Assembly: GCA_965250285.1 (NCBI GenBank)
Contig: OZ252299.1
Span: 1,856,001 to 1,920,000 of the forward strand
Length of the DNA: 64,000 nucleotides
Direction: 5' to 3'
Source: Myxococcota bacterium
GTDB taxonomy: Bacteria; Myxococcota_A; UBA9160; UBA4427
Under the pieces are notes generated by a model that saw nothing but the letters and a program-made list of their open reading frames with translations, did not search any database and was not told the DNA's origin. Positions 20,792-31,250 of this stretch are shown here, one piece after another; positions within the stretch are counted from its first letter, which is position 1, and each line of letters begins with the position of its first letter. The translations under genes were made by a program, and so were the position numbers.

Positions 20792-21445
20792 CTAGGCCTC
20801 GATGTGCTCGACGGTCTCGGGATCCTCGGCGCCGCGCACCGCGGCCACGAAGGCCTTCATCAAGGCCGGATCCTTGCTGTGCTGATCGCCTTCGACCCCG
20901 GTGGCGACATCGACGCCCCAGGGCGGCAGGTCACCGACATCGGCGAGCGCCTCGGCGACGTTCTCGGGGTTCAGCCCGCCGGCGATGATAATGTCCTGGC
21001 CCGTGGCGATCAGGTTCTCGGCCTCGCTCCAATCCCACGACTGCCCCTGCCCCCCGCCGCTGTGCGGGTGGTCGAGCAACAGGATCGCGCTCGGGAACGC
21101 CTCGGCGGCCTCGGCGTCGGCGCCGCGAATCGCCTTGATCGCGGGGAGATCGATCGACTCGAGCTCCTCCTCGGACTCCTCGCCGTGGAATTGAACGCGC
21201 TCGAAGTCGCAGACGCGCAACACCTTGTCGATCTCGTCCCAGGTCGCGTCCCGAAAGACGGCGACGCGCTCGACGGGCGCATCGGCGATCGCCTCGCAGA
21301 TCGCCTGAGCCGCGTGGACGTCGACGTAGCGCGGACTCTCGCGGACAAAGTTGACGCCGATCAGGTCGGCCCCGGCCTCGACGGCCGCCAGCGCCTCTTC
21401 GGGCGACCGGATTCCACAGATCTTGATGCGAACGTTTCCGCTCAC
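20792..21445 (-). CDS. trpF: phosphoribosylanthranilate isomerase
   Basis: [31 protein letters not shown]. Confidence 0.93.
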   Translation of the reverse strand: MSGNVRIKICGIRSPEEALAAVEAGADLIGVNFVRESPRYVDVHAAQAICEAIADAPVERVAVFRDATWDEIDKVLRVCDFERVQFHGEESEEELESIDLPAIKAIRGADAEAAEAFPSAILLLDHPHSGGGQGQSWDWSEAENLIATGQDIIIAGGLNPENVAEALADVGDLPPWGVDVATGVEGDQHSKDPALMKAFVAAVRGAEDPETVEHIEA

Positions 21446-22233
21446 GGGACCCTCCGAAGTTCTTCGAGTGCCTGGGTGACATCGCCCTGACGCATCAGCG
21501 ATTCGCCGACCAGGAACGCCTCTGCGCCGTGGTCGAGGAGCCGACGGACATCCGCCGAGCTCGCAATTCCGCTCTCGGCGACGAAGAGCACGTCGCGGCC
21601 GGGCGGCAGCGCCGCCGCCACCCGCTCGGTCGTCGCCAGGTCGGTTTCGAACGTTCGCAGGTCACGGTTGTTCACTCCGACGAGGTCGGCGCCGGCCGCG
21701 AGAGCGACTTCGAGCTCACGCTCGTCGTGCACCTCGACCAGCACGTCGAGCCCCAGCTTGCGTGCATGGGCGTGAAGCGCGCTCACCTCTTCGGCCGCGA
21801 GCGCGGCCACGATGAGCAGCACCGCGTCGGCACCGGCCACCCGCGCCTCGTCGACCTGATACGCGTCGACGACGAAATCCTTGCGCAGCAGCGGCAGCGA
21901 TACGGCACTGCGCACCTTCGAGAGATAGTCGAGATGCCCCCCGAAGTACGTCGCGTCCGTCAGTACAGAGAGACAGGCCGCCCCGCCATCGGCGTACGCC
22001 CGCGCCAGAGAAACGGGTTCGAAATCCTCGCGGATCAGCCCTTTGCTCGGTGAACGGCGCTTCAGCTCGGCGATGATCGAGGGCGGCTCGCCCTCGCGCA
22101 GTGCGGCGCGAAACCCGCGCGGGCCGTCGCTCACGTTCGCGGCACGCTCGGCCATCTCGTCGTCACCGACCCGCGCGCGCGCCGACGCCAGCTCGTCGCG
22201 CTTCGTCGCGAGAATGTCGTCGAGGATGCTCAC
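21442..22233 (-). CDS. trpC: indole-3-glycerol phosphate synthase
   Basis: IAELKRRSPSKG, SVLTD, LRKDF, EVH, GVNNRDL, AESGI, LVGESLM. Confidence 0.96.
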   Translation of the reverse strand: MSILDDILATKRDELASARARVGDDEMAERAANVSDGPRGFRAALREGEPPSIIAELKRRSPSKGLIREDFEPVSLARAYADGGAACLSVLTDATYFGGHLDYLSKVRSAVSLPLLRKDFVVDAYQVDEARVAGADAVLLIVAALAAEEVSALHAHARKLGLDVLVEVHDERELEVALAAGADLVGVNNRDLRTFETDLATTERVAAALPPGRDVLFVAESGIASSADVRRLLDHGAEAFLVGESLMRQGDVTQALEELRRVP

Positions 22234-23246
22234 GCTGCCTCCCGGGTGGCCTGGATCAGCTGTTCGAGCTTGTGCGCCGCCTGTCCCGAGTCAATGCTCT
22301 GCGCAGCTTGCTCGATCCCGACGGACAGATCCGATGCGCGACCCGCAACCCACAAGACGGCGGCGGCATTGAGCAGCACGATGTCCCGGCGCGCCCCCTC
22401 CTCGCCGGCGAGCACGCCGCGCAGCATCGCCGCGTTGGCCGTCGCATCGGCACCTGCCAGAGCGCCCGGCAAAGAGAGTGCGAGCCCGAGGGTCTCGGGC
22501 TTGACCTCCAGCTCGGTCACGCTCCGGCCGTCGAAGTAGGCCGCGCGGCTCGGGCCCGTCGTGGTGAGCTCGTCCATCCCGTCCGAACCGTGAACGACCA
22601 ATGCACGCTCGGCGCCGAGCGCACCGAGCGCCTCGGCGAGGGGGCGCACCAGAGCGTCGTCGTAGACCCCGACGACCTGCCGCCGGGCACCGGCCGGGTT
22701 GAGGAGCGGCCCGAGCGCGTTGATCACCGTGCGCACACCGAGCTCGGAGCGCACCGGTGCGAGGTGCTTGAACGCCGGGTGTGCGGTGCGCGCGAAGAAA
22801 GGCGCAATGCCAATGCGCTCGAGGATCTCGCCGCACGTCGAGATCGGCAGGTCGATGCGCACACCGAGCTCTTCGAACGTGTCGAAGCTGCCGCTGCGGC
22901 TCGACGCAGCTCGGTTGCCGTGCTTGGCGACGGGGACGCCCGCGCCGGCGACGACGAACGCGACCGTGGTCGAGATGTTGAACGTGTCGATCCCCGTACC
23001 GCCCGTTCCGCAGCAGTCGACGGGCGCGACGTTCACCTCGGTGCGCTCGGCCACCGCGCGCAGAGCGCGGGCGATGGCGACCAGCTCGTCGACCGTCTCG
23101 CCCTTCATGCGCAGGCCCACGAGCAGTCCGGCGACCTGCGCCTTGGGCGCATCGCCCTGCATGATCTCGCCGAAGGCGGCTTCGAGGACGGCCGGCGCGA
23201 CGTCGGCCCCCTCTACCACCGTGCTCAGCGCCTCGCGGACACTCAT
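22230..23246 (-). CDS. trpD: anthranilate phosphoribosyltransferase
   Basis: GTGG..TFNIST, VAKHGNR..SS.SGS, GMDE. Confidence 0.96.
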   Translation of the reverse strand: MSVREALSTVVEGADVAPAVLEAAFGEIMQGDAPKAQVAGLLVGLRMKGETVDELVAIARALRAVAERTEVNVAPVDCCGTGGTGIDTFNISTTVAFVVAGAGVPVAKHGNRAASSRSGSFDTFEELGVRIDLPISTCGEILERIGIAPFFARTAHPAFKHLAPVRSELGVRTVINALGPLLNPAGARRQVVGVYDDALVRPLAEALGALGAERALVVHGSDGMDELTTTGPSRAAYFDGRSVTELEVKPETLGLALSLPGALAGADATANAAMLRGVLAGEEGARRDIVLLNAAAVLWVAGRASDLSVGIEQAAQSIDSGQAAHKLEQLIQATREAA

Positions 23247-23833
23247 GCCGAGGCCGCCTCCCGACATCGGTCGACGAAGTTCTGCAGCAGCGCCTTGCCC
23301 GGCTGGGTCAGGATCGACTCGGGATGAAACTGCACGCCCTCGATGGGGAGCTCGCGGTGGCGAACGCCCATGATCTCGCCGTCGTCGGTCTGGGCCGTCG
23401 ACTCGAGCACGTGCGGCAGCGAGCTCGGCTCGATCACCAGGGAGTGGTAGCGCGTCGCCTCGAACGGCTGCGGCAGCCCTCGGAACACGCCTCGGTCGTC
23501 ATGCTCGATGCGCGACGTCTTGCCGTGCATGATCGATCGCGCGCGCACGATCTTGCCGCCGAAGGCCTGGCCGATCGACTGGTGGCCGAGGCAAACGCCG
23601 AAGACGGGGATCCCGGCCTCCGCGAAGCACGTCACGCATTCGACCGAGACCCCGGCGTCGTCGGGATTGCCGGGCCCGGGCGAGATCACCAGCCCGCCCG
23701 GCTTTCGCGCAAGCAGCTGCTCGACCGTCTCGACGTCGTTGCGCACGACGTCGGTCTCGATGCCGAGCTCGCCCAGATACTGGACGAGGTTGTAGGTGAA
23801 CGAGTCGTAGTTATCGATCATCAGCAGGCGCAT
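23243..23833 (-). CDS. trpG: anthranilate synthase component II (glutamine amidotransferase)
   Basis: [34 protein letters not shown]. Confidence 0.95.
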   Translation of the reverse strand: MRLLMIDNYDSFTYNLVQYLGELGIETDVVRNDVETVEQLLARKPGGLVISPGPGNPDDAGVSVECVTCFAEAGIPVFGVCLGHQSIGQAFGGKIVRARSIMHGKTSRIEHDDRGVFRGLPQPFEATRYHSLVIEPSSLPHVLESTAQTDDGEIMGVRHRELPIEGVQFHPESILTQPGKALLQNFVDRCREAASA

Positions 23834-23957
23834 CGTTCGCCCCGCTCGCCTCGGTCGCCGACCCCTCGCAGGCCGATCGTTCGGCTCTCGATCCCGTCGC
23901 TCACTCTCTGCTGTGCACGCGCCATCTCATTCGGATGCCGCATCTCTCCCCGGCGCA

Positions 23958-25445
23958 TCAGTCGATCCCCTCACGGGCAAGATCGATCGCCTGGAGCACG
24001 GCGCGCGCCTTGTTGATGCACTCGTCGAACTCCATCTCGGGCTGACTGTCGGCGACGATGCCCGCCCCCGATTGCAGCGAGATGACCCCGTCGTTCACGA
24101 CCATCGTGCGGATCGTGATCGCCATGTCCATGTTGCCCGAGTAGTCGACGTAGCCGACGCACCCGCCATAGGGCCCACGCCGTACGGTCTCGAGCTCGTC
24201 GATGATCTCCATCGCACGCACCTTGGGCGCCCCGCTCAGGGTGCCGGCGGGGAACGTGGCCCGCAGCACATCGAGCCAATCCTGCCCGGGTCGCAGCTCG
24301 CCCTGCACGTTCGACACGATGTGCATCACGTGGCTGTAGCGCTCGATGATGGCGTACTCGTTCACGTGCACGCTGCCGATCTCGGCGATGCGACCGACGT
24401 CGTTGCGGCCCAGGTCGACCAGCATCACGTGCTCGCTGCGCTCCTTGTCGTCCGCGAGCAGCTCGTCCTCGAGCGCGTGGTCTTCTTCGGGCGTCGCGCC
24501 GCGCTTGCGGGTGCCCGCGATCGGACGCACGTCGACCTGGCCCTCCTCGAGACGCACGAGGATCTCGGGCGAGCTGCCGACGAGCACCGCGTCCTCCATC
24601 CGAACGAAGAGCAGATAGGGGCTCGGATTGATCGCCCGCAGGTGCCGATAGATCAGAAAGGGGTCGACCTGCAGCGGCATCCGGAACTGCTGCGCCAGCA
24701 CCACCTGAAAGATGTCGCCCGCCTCGATGTACTCCTTCGCCCGCTTCACGATGTCGTGGTACTGCGACTCGGGCATGCTGCGCTCGACGTCCATCGGCGC
24801 ACGCACGGGCTCGTTCGTGGCGATCGTGGGCATCGGCTCGCGCAGCTTGCGCACCGTGGCCTCGACGCCCGCCAGCGCCTCGTCGTAGCGTGCGCCCACG
24901 TCGTCGCCTTCGTCGACGCGCACGTGGCGGACGATCAGCGCGTGATGTCGCACGTTGTCGTACACGACGACCGTCTCGGGCAGACTGAACCAGAGATCGG
25001 GCAGCCCGATCTTGTCGGGGTTGTCGTCGGGGAGCTTCTCGACGAAGCGCACCCAGTCGTAGCCGACCATGCCGACGGCGCCGCCGATGAAGCGTGGCAG
25101 CTCTTCGCCCGCCGGCAGCACGGCGGTGATCGACGCGAGGTAGTCGCGCAACACCTCGAGCGGGTCGCCGTCGACGCGCGAGCGCGTGGTCTCGCCATGC
25201 TCGACCCACTCGACATCGCGTCCGCGCGCGCGGAAGATCGCCCGCGACCCCGCGCCAATGAAGCTGTAGCGGGCCCACTTCTCACCGCCCTCGACGGACT
25301 CGAGCAGAAAGCTCGTTCGCCCGTCATCGAGGCGGTGAAAGATCGAAAGCGGCGTATCGAGGTCGGCAAGGATCTCGCGCACCACCGGCACCATGTTGCC
25401 GTGCTGGGCGAGCTCGACGAACTCCTCGCGGGACGGGCGGAGCAA
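23958..25445 (-). CDS. trpE: anthranilate synthase component I
   Basis: FLLES, GDIFQVV, NPSPY, SSPE, PIAGT, EHVMLVDLGRND, PAGTLSGAPK. Confidence 0.96.
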   Translation of the reverse strand: MLRPSREEFVELAQHGNMVPVVREILADLDTPLSIFHRLDDGRTSFLLESVEGGEKWARYSFIGAGSRAIFRARGRDVEWVEHGETTRSRVDGDPLEVLRDYLASITAVLPAGEELPRFIGGAVGMVGYDWVRFVEKLPDDNPDKIGLPDLWFSLPETVVVYDNVRHHALIVRHVRVDEGDDVGARYDEALAGVEATVRKLREPMPTIATNEPVRAPMDVERSMPESQYHDIVKRAKEYIEAGDIFQVVLAQQFRMPLQVDPFLIYRHLRAINPSPYLLFVRMEDAVLVGSSPEILVRLEEGQVDVRPIAGTRKRGATPEEDHALEDELLADDKERSEHVMLVDLGRNDVGRIAEIGSVHVNEYAIIERYSHVMHIVSNVQGELRPGQDWLDVLRATFPAGTLSGAPKVRAMEIIDELETVRRGPYGGCVGYVDYSGNMDMAITIRTMVVNDGVISLQSGAGIVADSQPEMEFDECINKARAVLQAIDLAREGID

Positions 25446-25528
25446 GGCTTCCTCGGCGGGCGCGGGGGCCGGAACCGGCCCGTGGATCTCACGGGACCGT
25501 TGCGGGCGGGGGGCCGAAAACCCGTTAG

Positions 25529-25557
25529 AGACTAGGGGGTTGACCCGCCAAGATCAA
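25529..25557 (-). promoter_or_regulatory. sigma70-type promoter of the trp operon
   Basis: TTGATC-N17-TAGTCT on the minus strand. Confidence 0.6.
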
Positions 25558-25585
25558 GCTGGACACCGATCGGCGGCCCGGCTCG

Positions 25586-26251
25586 TCAGGCCGCCACCTC
25601 GAGGCTCGCGCTGAGGGTCTCGACGTCGGCCGCGACCAGCACGTCGTCGACGAGCCGTACGAGCTTGCGGTCGAGCAGCAGATGGAGCGCGCGGTGCGTC
25701 TCGAGCATCGTCAGACCGGTCTCGGCGGCGAGGCCGCGCAGATTCGTCTCGATGCGGATCCCGTGCTCGGGGTCCTGCTGGGCGCCCCGCACGAGCGCCC
25801 GCACCAGCGGCCGCAGCAGATCGTCGACGCCGAGCGCCGCGAGCCGCCGCTCCGACTCCTTCAGGCGGGCCGACATGCGGCTGATGATGCGGATCGCGAT
25901 CTCGGGTCGCTCGACGCACATGGCCTCGAGGGTCTCCCCGTCGAGCGCGAGCAGGCGCGACGGCTTGACCGCGATCGCGCGGGCCGTGCGCGGCTCGCCG
26001 AGCACGACGCTCATCTCGCCGAAGAACTCTCCGGGCCCAAGCCGCGCGACGGTGCGCCGGCCGACGGTCGATCCACGGTCGAGCTCGACCTCGCCGGCCT
26101 GCACGATGAAGAACGTGTCGCCCGCGTCGCCCTCTTCGAAGATCGTCTCGCCGACGTCATAGCTGCGCTCGAAGCTGTCCCGAACGAGGACTTCGGTGTT
26201 CTGGCCCAGGGCTCCGCCCTCCCGCAGGCGCCCGGACGGCCCTGCGTCCAT
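25586..26251 (-). CDS. Crp/Fnr-family cNMP-binding protein (start uncertain)
   Basis: IFEEGD, FFGEM..PRTA phosphate-binding cassette, C-helix, degenerate C-terminal HTH. Confidence 0.85.
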   Translation of the reverse strand: MDAGPSGRLREGGALGQNTEVLVRDSFERSYDVGETIFEEGDAGDTFFIVQAGEVELDRGSTVGRRTVARLGPGEFFGEMSVVLGEPRTARAIAVKPSRLLALDGETLEAMCVERPEIAIRIISRMSARLKESERRLAALGVDDLLRPLVRALVRGAQQDPEHGIRIETNLRGLAAETGLTMLETHRALHLLLDRKLVRLVDDVLVAADVETLSASLEVAA

Positions 26252-26253
26252 CC

Positions 26254-26281
26254 GAATCGTCTGGATGGGCGTCCCGCTTGA
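26254..26281 (-). promoter_or_regulatory. sigma28/FliA-like promoter (variant -10)
   Basis: TCAA-N16-GACGATTC. Confidence 0.45.
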
Positions 26282-26356
26282 GTCGTGCTCGACCGCACGA
26301 TGCAGACCGATTCGGCTGGGACTGCGTCTGCTGCAGGCCGGCGCGACCCGGCGCGC

Positions 26357-27019
26357 TCAGCCGGCCGCAGGCGTGGGTGCGGGCGTGGGCGCGGACGCGG
26401 GCGCCGGGGGCACGGTCGGCGCTTCGGGCTCGGCGGCCGCTCGGGCCTCGCGCCGCAGCCGGGCGACCGCGTCCTCGAGGGTCGTTCGCTCGATCAGGCC
26501 GGTGTGCACCTCGTCGATCAGGCCGTCGGGCGTGACGATGATGAGCGTCGGGAACCCGAGCGCGCCGACGCGACGCGCGAGCGGCTCGCCCTCGAGCAGC
26601 ACCGGGTAGCGGACGTCCTTCTCGGCCACCCAGTCGGCGACGACGTCGGCGCCCGCGGTATCGACCGACGCGCCGTAGAGCACCAGATCGGTCTCGTCGC
26701 GGTGGTCGTCCCAGAAAGCGTTCAGCTCGGGCACTTGAAACTCGCAGGGCGGACACCACGTGGCCCAGAAGTCGATCACCACGATCTTGCCCGCCAGATC
26801 GCCCGAGTCGACATGGCCGCCGCCGAGGCGAGGCAGATCGAAGGCCGGGGCGGGCTCGAGCGCGGGCGCGGCTTGCTCGACCTCGGCGCCGGGCTCCGCA
26901 GGCGCGCCGGCCGGCGGGGCCTTCGCGTCACCGCAGGCCCCCGCAGCGAGCGACAGCGCCAACCCCATCAGGGCGGCGCGGGCGAGCAGCGTCGTGCGTC
27001 GACGGTCCGAAGGTCTCAA
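26357..27019 (-). CDS. TlpA/ResA-family thiol-disulfide oxidoreductase, probable lipoprotein
   Basis: DFWATWCPPC, GFPT cis-Pro loop, LAAGAC lipobox. Confidence 0.9.
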   Translation of the reverse strand: MRPSDRRRTTLLARAALMGLALSLAAGACGDAKAPPAGAPAEPGAEVEQAAPALEPAPAFDLPRLGGGHVDSGDLAGKIVVIDFWATWCPPCEFQVPELNAFWDDHRDETDLVLYGASVDTAGADVVADWVAEKDVRYPVLLEGEPLARRVGALGFPTLIIVTPDGLIDEVHTGLIERTTLEDAVARLRREARAAAEPEAPTVPPAPASAPTPAPTPAAG

Positions 27020-27789
27020 TGCAGGGCCTGCTCCACGCTGTTCACGAAGTCGTTCATGAACGAGAACCAGCTGTTGAAGGCGGTCAGCTGGTTGGTCGCC
27101 AGCAGCAGCCCGCCGATCATCAAGATGCCACCGGATGCGATCTCGAGCTTGCGAAAGTGCCGCTTCACCCGGGCAAAGGTGTTGAAGAAGGTCTCGATCG
27201 ACCAGCCCGCGACGAGAAACGGCACGGCGAGGCCCGCCGAATAGACCGAGAGCAGCACGGTGCCTTCGACCATCGTCTCATTGCTGCCCGCGAGCGTGAG
27301 CACCGAGCTGAGGATCGGACCGACACACGGCGACCAGCCAAGCGCGAACCCGGCGCCGACGAGGAAGGTCTCGAAGAACCGGTAGTGCTTGATGTCGACC
27401 TGCATGCGGGCGTCGCGGTAGAGCTGCCGGATCGGCACCAGACCGGTCATGTGCAGCCCCAGCACGATGATCAGGACGCCCGCGATCTGGGCAATGCCCA
27501 TCTCGAAGCCCCAGATCTCGATCCGCCACGCGCGCACGGTGTGCCCGAGGGCGACGGCGCCGATGCCGAGCACGATGAAGACGACCGAGAACCCGAGCAC
27601 GAAGCCGACGCAAGCGCGCATCACCTTGCGCCGCAGCTCGCGGTCTTGGCTGCCCTGCTCCATCTCTTCGACCGAGATGCCGGAAACCAGCGAGAGGTAG
27701 GCCGGCATCAGCGGCAGCACACACGGCGAGAGCACCGAGAGCAGACCGGCCGCAAATGCGAGCGGGAGTTGTGTCGTGAAGGTTTCCAT
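27016..27789 (-). CDS. ccdA: cytochrome c biogenesis protein CcdA
   Basis: LSPCVLPLMPAY, WSPCVGPIL, multiple TM segments; next to TlpA. Confidence 0.92.
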   Translation of the reverse strand: METFTTQLPLAFAAGLLSVLSPCVLPLMPAYLSLVSGISVEEMEQGSQDRELRRKVMRACVGFVLGFSVVFIVLGIGAVALGHTVRAWRIEIWGFEMGIAQIAGVLIIVLGLHMTGLVPIRQLYRDARMQVDIKHYRFFETFLVGAGFALGWSPCVGPILSSVLTLAGSNETMVEGTVLLSVYSAGLAVPFLVAGWSIETFFNTFARVKRHFRKLEIASGGILMIGGLLLATNQLTAFNSWFSFMNDFVNSVEQALH

Positions 27790-28085
27790 GGCGGGACCCT
27801 TTCGAGGGTCGCGCGGGCCTTCAGGTGACGCCAGCGAGCCCGCCGCCACACAGGAGTGCGGCCTCGTGCGTGCGGGGAGAGTCGGGTCGGACCGGGACGC
27901 GCCCCCTGCACGCAGCCGACAGCGGCCCGATCTGGACAGCCCGCCGACTCCGCCCGGGGGGCGGCCCGAGCGCGCCCATCACGCGACTCGGCCGTCCCCC
28001 CGGTGCGGAGCGATCTCGCGGCGCTCGATCCGAGCCCATGCCCATCCGGCCCCGGCTCCGCGGACGGAGCCGGCGGCGCGTTGGG

Positions 28086-28514
28086 CTACCAGGCCTCCGG
28101 CGCCGAAGCGACCTGCGGCGGCGGATCCCGGTACTCGGGCGCGCGCCCGACGAACTCGAGCGTGTCCTGCCCCTGCAGCATCTCGGGCGTGATCACATAG
28201 GTGCCGCGCACCGACCGTGTGACCACAGTCTGGGCGACCCGCGAGTCGCCGCCCGAGAACGCCCAGGCGAAGCCCGCGGCCGTCGTGCCGCCAATGGCGT
28301 AGACCACCTTGGCCGGGCCGTAGACCAGACTCGACAGCGCAGCAGCCATGCCGAGGCCGCCCTCCTTGGCCGTGCTCTCGGCCCAGGCCGTGGGCGCCGC
28401 GAACAAGGCGGCGGCGACGATCATCGCCCCGAGCCCACGGGCCAGCTTGCGCCGGGCACACGAAGCGTGCGCCCGGTCCATCACCGGGTTCATCGATTTC
28501 ATTTCGGTTTTCAC
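28086..28514 (-). CDS. hypothetical exported/membrane protein
   Basis: Signal-peptide-like segment ending AWA, then Gly/Ala-rich hydrophobic helices; coding-like codon usage. Confidence 0.7.
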   Translation of the reverse strand: MKTEMKSMNPVMDRAHASCARRKLARGLGAMIVAAALFAAPTAWAESTAKEGGLGMAAALSSLVYGPAKVVYAIGGTTAAGFAWAFSGGDSRVAQTVVTRSVRGTYVITPEMLQGQDTLEFVGRAPEYRDPPPQVASAPEAW

Positions 28515-28720
28515 CTCTCACCGGCTCGCGCGCCGTGGCGGCGAGCCCTCATGGACGGCCAGGCCGTCGGTTCCCCCACCCGGGAGTGTTCCGTCGAACC
28601 GGCCCGCGGGCAAGCCGAGGCGTCCGACCCCCACGTCGGGATCGATCGGCAGAGGTGCGGAACCAAATCGTGAGACGCGTCGCAGCCCGGGGCCGAGCCG
28701 GCTCGGCGGGGGCCATCGGC

Positions 28721-29170
28721 TCAGTCGCGTCGCGCGGTGTCGATCCACAGCGTGACGGGGCCGTCGTTCTCGAGACCGACCTGCATGTGCGCGCCGAAGC
28801 GCCCGGTGACGACCCGCACCCCCTCGGCGCGGGCGGCCGCGACGACCGCTTCGACGAGCGGCGCGGCCTGCTCGGGGGCGGCCGCCGCCCCGAAGCTCGG
28901 CCGGCGCCCCTTTCGAGTGTCCCCGAACAGCGTGAACTGCGACACCACGAGCAGGTCGCCTTCGCCGTCGAGGAGCGAGCGATTCATGCGACCGGCGTCG
29001 TCTTCGAAGATGCGCAGACCCACGATCTTGCGAGCGAGCTCGCGTGCATCGCCCTCGACGTCGTCGTGGGTCACGCCGACGAGCGCCAGCAGCCCGGCCT
29101 CGATCTCGGCGACCCGATCGCCGTCGACGTCGACGTGGGCGTGGCTCACGCGTTGAACCACGGCGCGCAT
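28721..29170 (-). CDS. dtd: D-aminoacyl-tRNA deacylase
   Basis: [26 protein letters not shown]. Confidence 0.96.
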   Translation of the reverse strand: MRAVVQRVSHAHVDVDGDRVAEIEAGLLALVGVTHDDVEGDARELARKIVGLRIFEDDAGRMNRSLLDGEGDLLVVSQFTLFGDTRKGRRPSFGAAAAPEQAAPLVEAVVAAARAEGVRVVTGRFGAHMQVGLENDGPVTLWIDTARRD

Positions 29171-29176
29171 GCGGGC

Positions 29177-29689
29177 CTAGATCCGATCCTGGCGCGCGAA
29201 TCGCCCGGTGTGGAACGCCTCGCCCTCGGTCCGCAGCAGCACGATCTGACAGATGCGGGTGCCGGCGTGAATCAGCAGCGGCCGATGGGAGACGTTGCTC
29301 ATCTCGAGCACTTGGTGGTTGTCGACGCCGGGCTGCACGAAGGCCGACGTGACGTGGATCATCAGTCCGAGCCGGGCAAACCGGCTGCGCCCCTCGAGCG
29401 TCCCGCAGACGTTGCCGGGCAGACGGATGCGTTCGCGCGTGATGCCGTGGATCGTCTCGCCGGGGTCGAGGCGAAACGGCTGATCGAGGGCTTCGACGCG
29501 GGTGTGCGCGCGAAAGTCGGTGTCGTCGTCGATCGGGATCGGTTCACCGCCCGGTTCGATCACGCGAATCTCGTCGCCGAGGGTCAGGTCGATCGAGGCC
29601 GCACCGACCTGATCCCGCTCGAACGGCGTGATCGAGATCTGGCCGGCATCGATCTCGGCGAGGATCACGTCTCGGGTCAGCACGGACAT
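29177..29689 (-). CDS. dcd: dCTP deaminase
   Basis: ASIDLTLG, LEGRSRFARLGL, QPG, LE, RICQ. Confidence 0.9.
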   Translation of the reverse strand: MSVLTRDVILAEIDAGQISITPFERDQVGAASIDLTLGDEIRVIEPGGEPIPIDDDTDFRAHTRVEALDQPFRLDPGETIHGITRERIRLPGNVCGTLEGRSRFARLGLMIHVTSAFVQPGVDNHQVLEMSNVSHRPLLIHAGTRICQIVLLRTEGEAFHTGRFARQDRI

Positions 29690-29852
29690 CGGGGCGCGCA
29701 GCATACCGCACGCGCGTGACGACGATGCCGGCCACTCGCTCGGCGGCGCGGCCTGCTCGTGTGCGCCCCCGAAAGCGACCGGGCCGGTCGAGACACAGGG
29801 GGGCACGCGGCCGCGGGCCGGGGAGCCGCGCCCGCGTGATACCGTTGGCGCC

Positions 29853-30680
29853 ATGCCTGGCCGCCCCGATCATCCCTACTTCGACGTGCCTCGCCCGACG
29901 GTGCTGGGCCACCGCGGCAGCGCGGGCACCGCGCCCGAGAACACACTCGCGAGCTTCTCCGAAGCGCTCGAGCGCGGGGCCGATATCCTCGAGAGCGACG
30001 TCCACGTGACCGCCGACGGCGTGCCGGTGCTGATCCACGACCCGAGCGTCGACCGCACGACCGACGGCGAGGGGCGCGTCGAGACGCTGACGTTCGAGGC
30101 CCTCCAGCAGCTCGACGCCGGGTTCCGGTTCGGCGACGCAGACGCCGGCGCGTTCCCCGAGCGCGACCGGGGGCACCACGTGCCGTCGCTCGCCCAGGCG
30201 TTCGAACGCTTCCCCGACGCCCGCTTCAATCTCGAGATCAAGGCCCCCGGCGTCGCGCTCGCCGCTTCGGTTCTCGAGCTGGTGGCGCGCTTCGATCGAG
30301 CCGATCGCACGCTGCTGACCGCAGGGGAGGATGCCGACATGGCGTCGCTGCGCGAAGCGCTCGCGACGAGCGCGGTCTCGCCGGCGATCGGCGCCAGCCT
30401 CGGCGACATCCTGGCCGTCGTGCAATCGGCCCTCGAATCGCGCGCCCCCGAGACGACGAGCATGGCGATCCAGATCCCGGATTCGTTCGCCGGCAAGCCG
30501 CTCGTGACCCAAGACCTCGTCGGCCACGCGCATGCGTACGACATCGCCGTGCACGTCTGGACGATCAACGAGCCGAGTGAGATGCAGCGCCTGCTCGACC
30601 TCGGCGTCGATGGGCTCGTCACCGACCACCCCGGGCGCATGGCCGAGCTGGTGCGCGCGCGGGGAGATCGCAGCGACTGA
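29853..30680 (+). CDS. glycerophosphodiester phosphodiesterase
   Basis: GHRG..PENT, ESDVH, HD, NLEIK, VWTIN, GVDGLVTD. Confidence 0.93.
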   Translation: MPGRPDHPYFDVPRPTVLGHRGSAGTAPENTLASFSEALERGADILESDVHVTADGVPVLIHDPSVDRTTDGEGRVETLTFEALQQLDAGFRFGDADAGAFPERDRGHHVPSLAQAFERFPDARFNLEIKAPGVALAASVLELVARFDRADRTLLTAGEDADMASLREALATSAVSPAIGASLGDILAVVQSALESRAPETTSMAIQIPDSFAGKPLVTQDLVGHAHAYDIAVHVWTINEPSEMQRLLDLGVDGLVTDHPGRMAELVRARGDRSD

Positions 30681-30690
30681 CGAAAGACGC

Positions 30691-31236
30691 GTGGAGACGT
30701 CCTCCCACTTCGACGCGGCGCTGCCGCTGATCCTCGCCGGACGGGGTCGCGGTCCGGTCCTCGACCTCGCGTCGGGGCGCGGGCGACACGCGCTCGCGTG
30801 CACCGCCGCGGGCTTGGCCACGATCGCGCTCGACCGCGATCTGGGGGCGCTGCGCGAGCTGGCCGAGGCGCACGCGGCGCTCGAGCCGGTCCGCCGCGCG
30901 CCCCTGCTCTGCGTGCGAGCCGACATCGAGACCGAGCATGGTATCCCCGTCGAATCAGCGAGTTGCGGCGCAATCCTCGTCTTCAACTTTCTCTTTCGAC
31001 CGCTCGCGGGGGCGATCATGGCCGCCCTCGCGCCGGGCGGGTTGCTCGTCTACGAGACGTTTACGACCGCTCAGCGCGGCCTCGGCTACGGACCGAAACG
31101 AGACGCGTTCCTGCTCGCGGCGGGCGAGCTCCGCGAGCTGTTTCCCGGGCTCGAGATCGTGCATTTCGAAGAGGGGCGCGTCGACGCCCCCCGGCCCCGT
31201 GAGACGGCGCGTCTGATCGCGCGCCGTCGGCTCTAG
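30691..31236 (+). CDS. class I SAM-dependent methyltransferase (TehB-like)
   Basis: VLDLASGRGRH, LAPGGLLVYETF, FLL..GEL. Confidence 0.85.
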   Translation: METSSHFDAALPLILAGRGRGPVLDLASGRGRHALACTAAGLATIALDRDLGALRELAEAHAALEPVRRAPLLCVRADIETEHGIPVESASCGAILVFNFLFRPLAGAIMAALAPGGLLVYETFTTAQRGLGYGPKRDAFLLAAGELRELFPGLEIVHFEEGRVDAPRPRETARLIARRRL

Positions 31237-31250
31237 ACGGCGGGGGTGCC

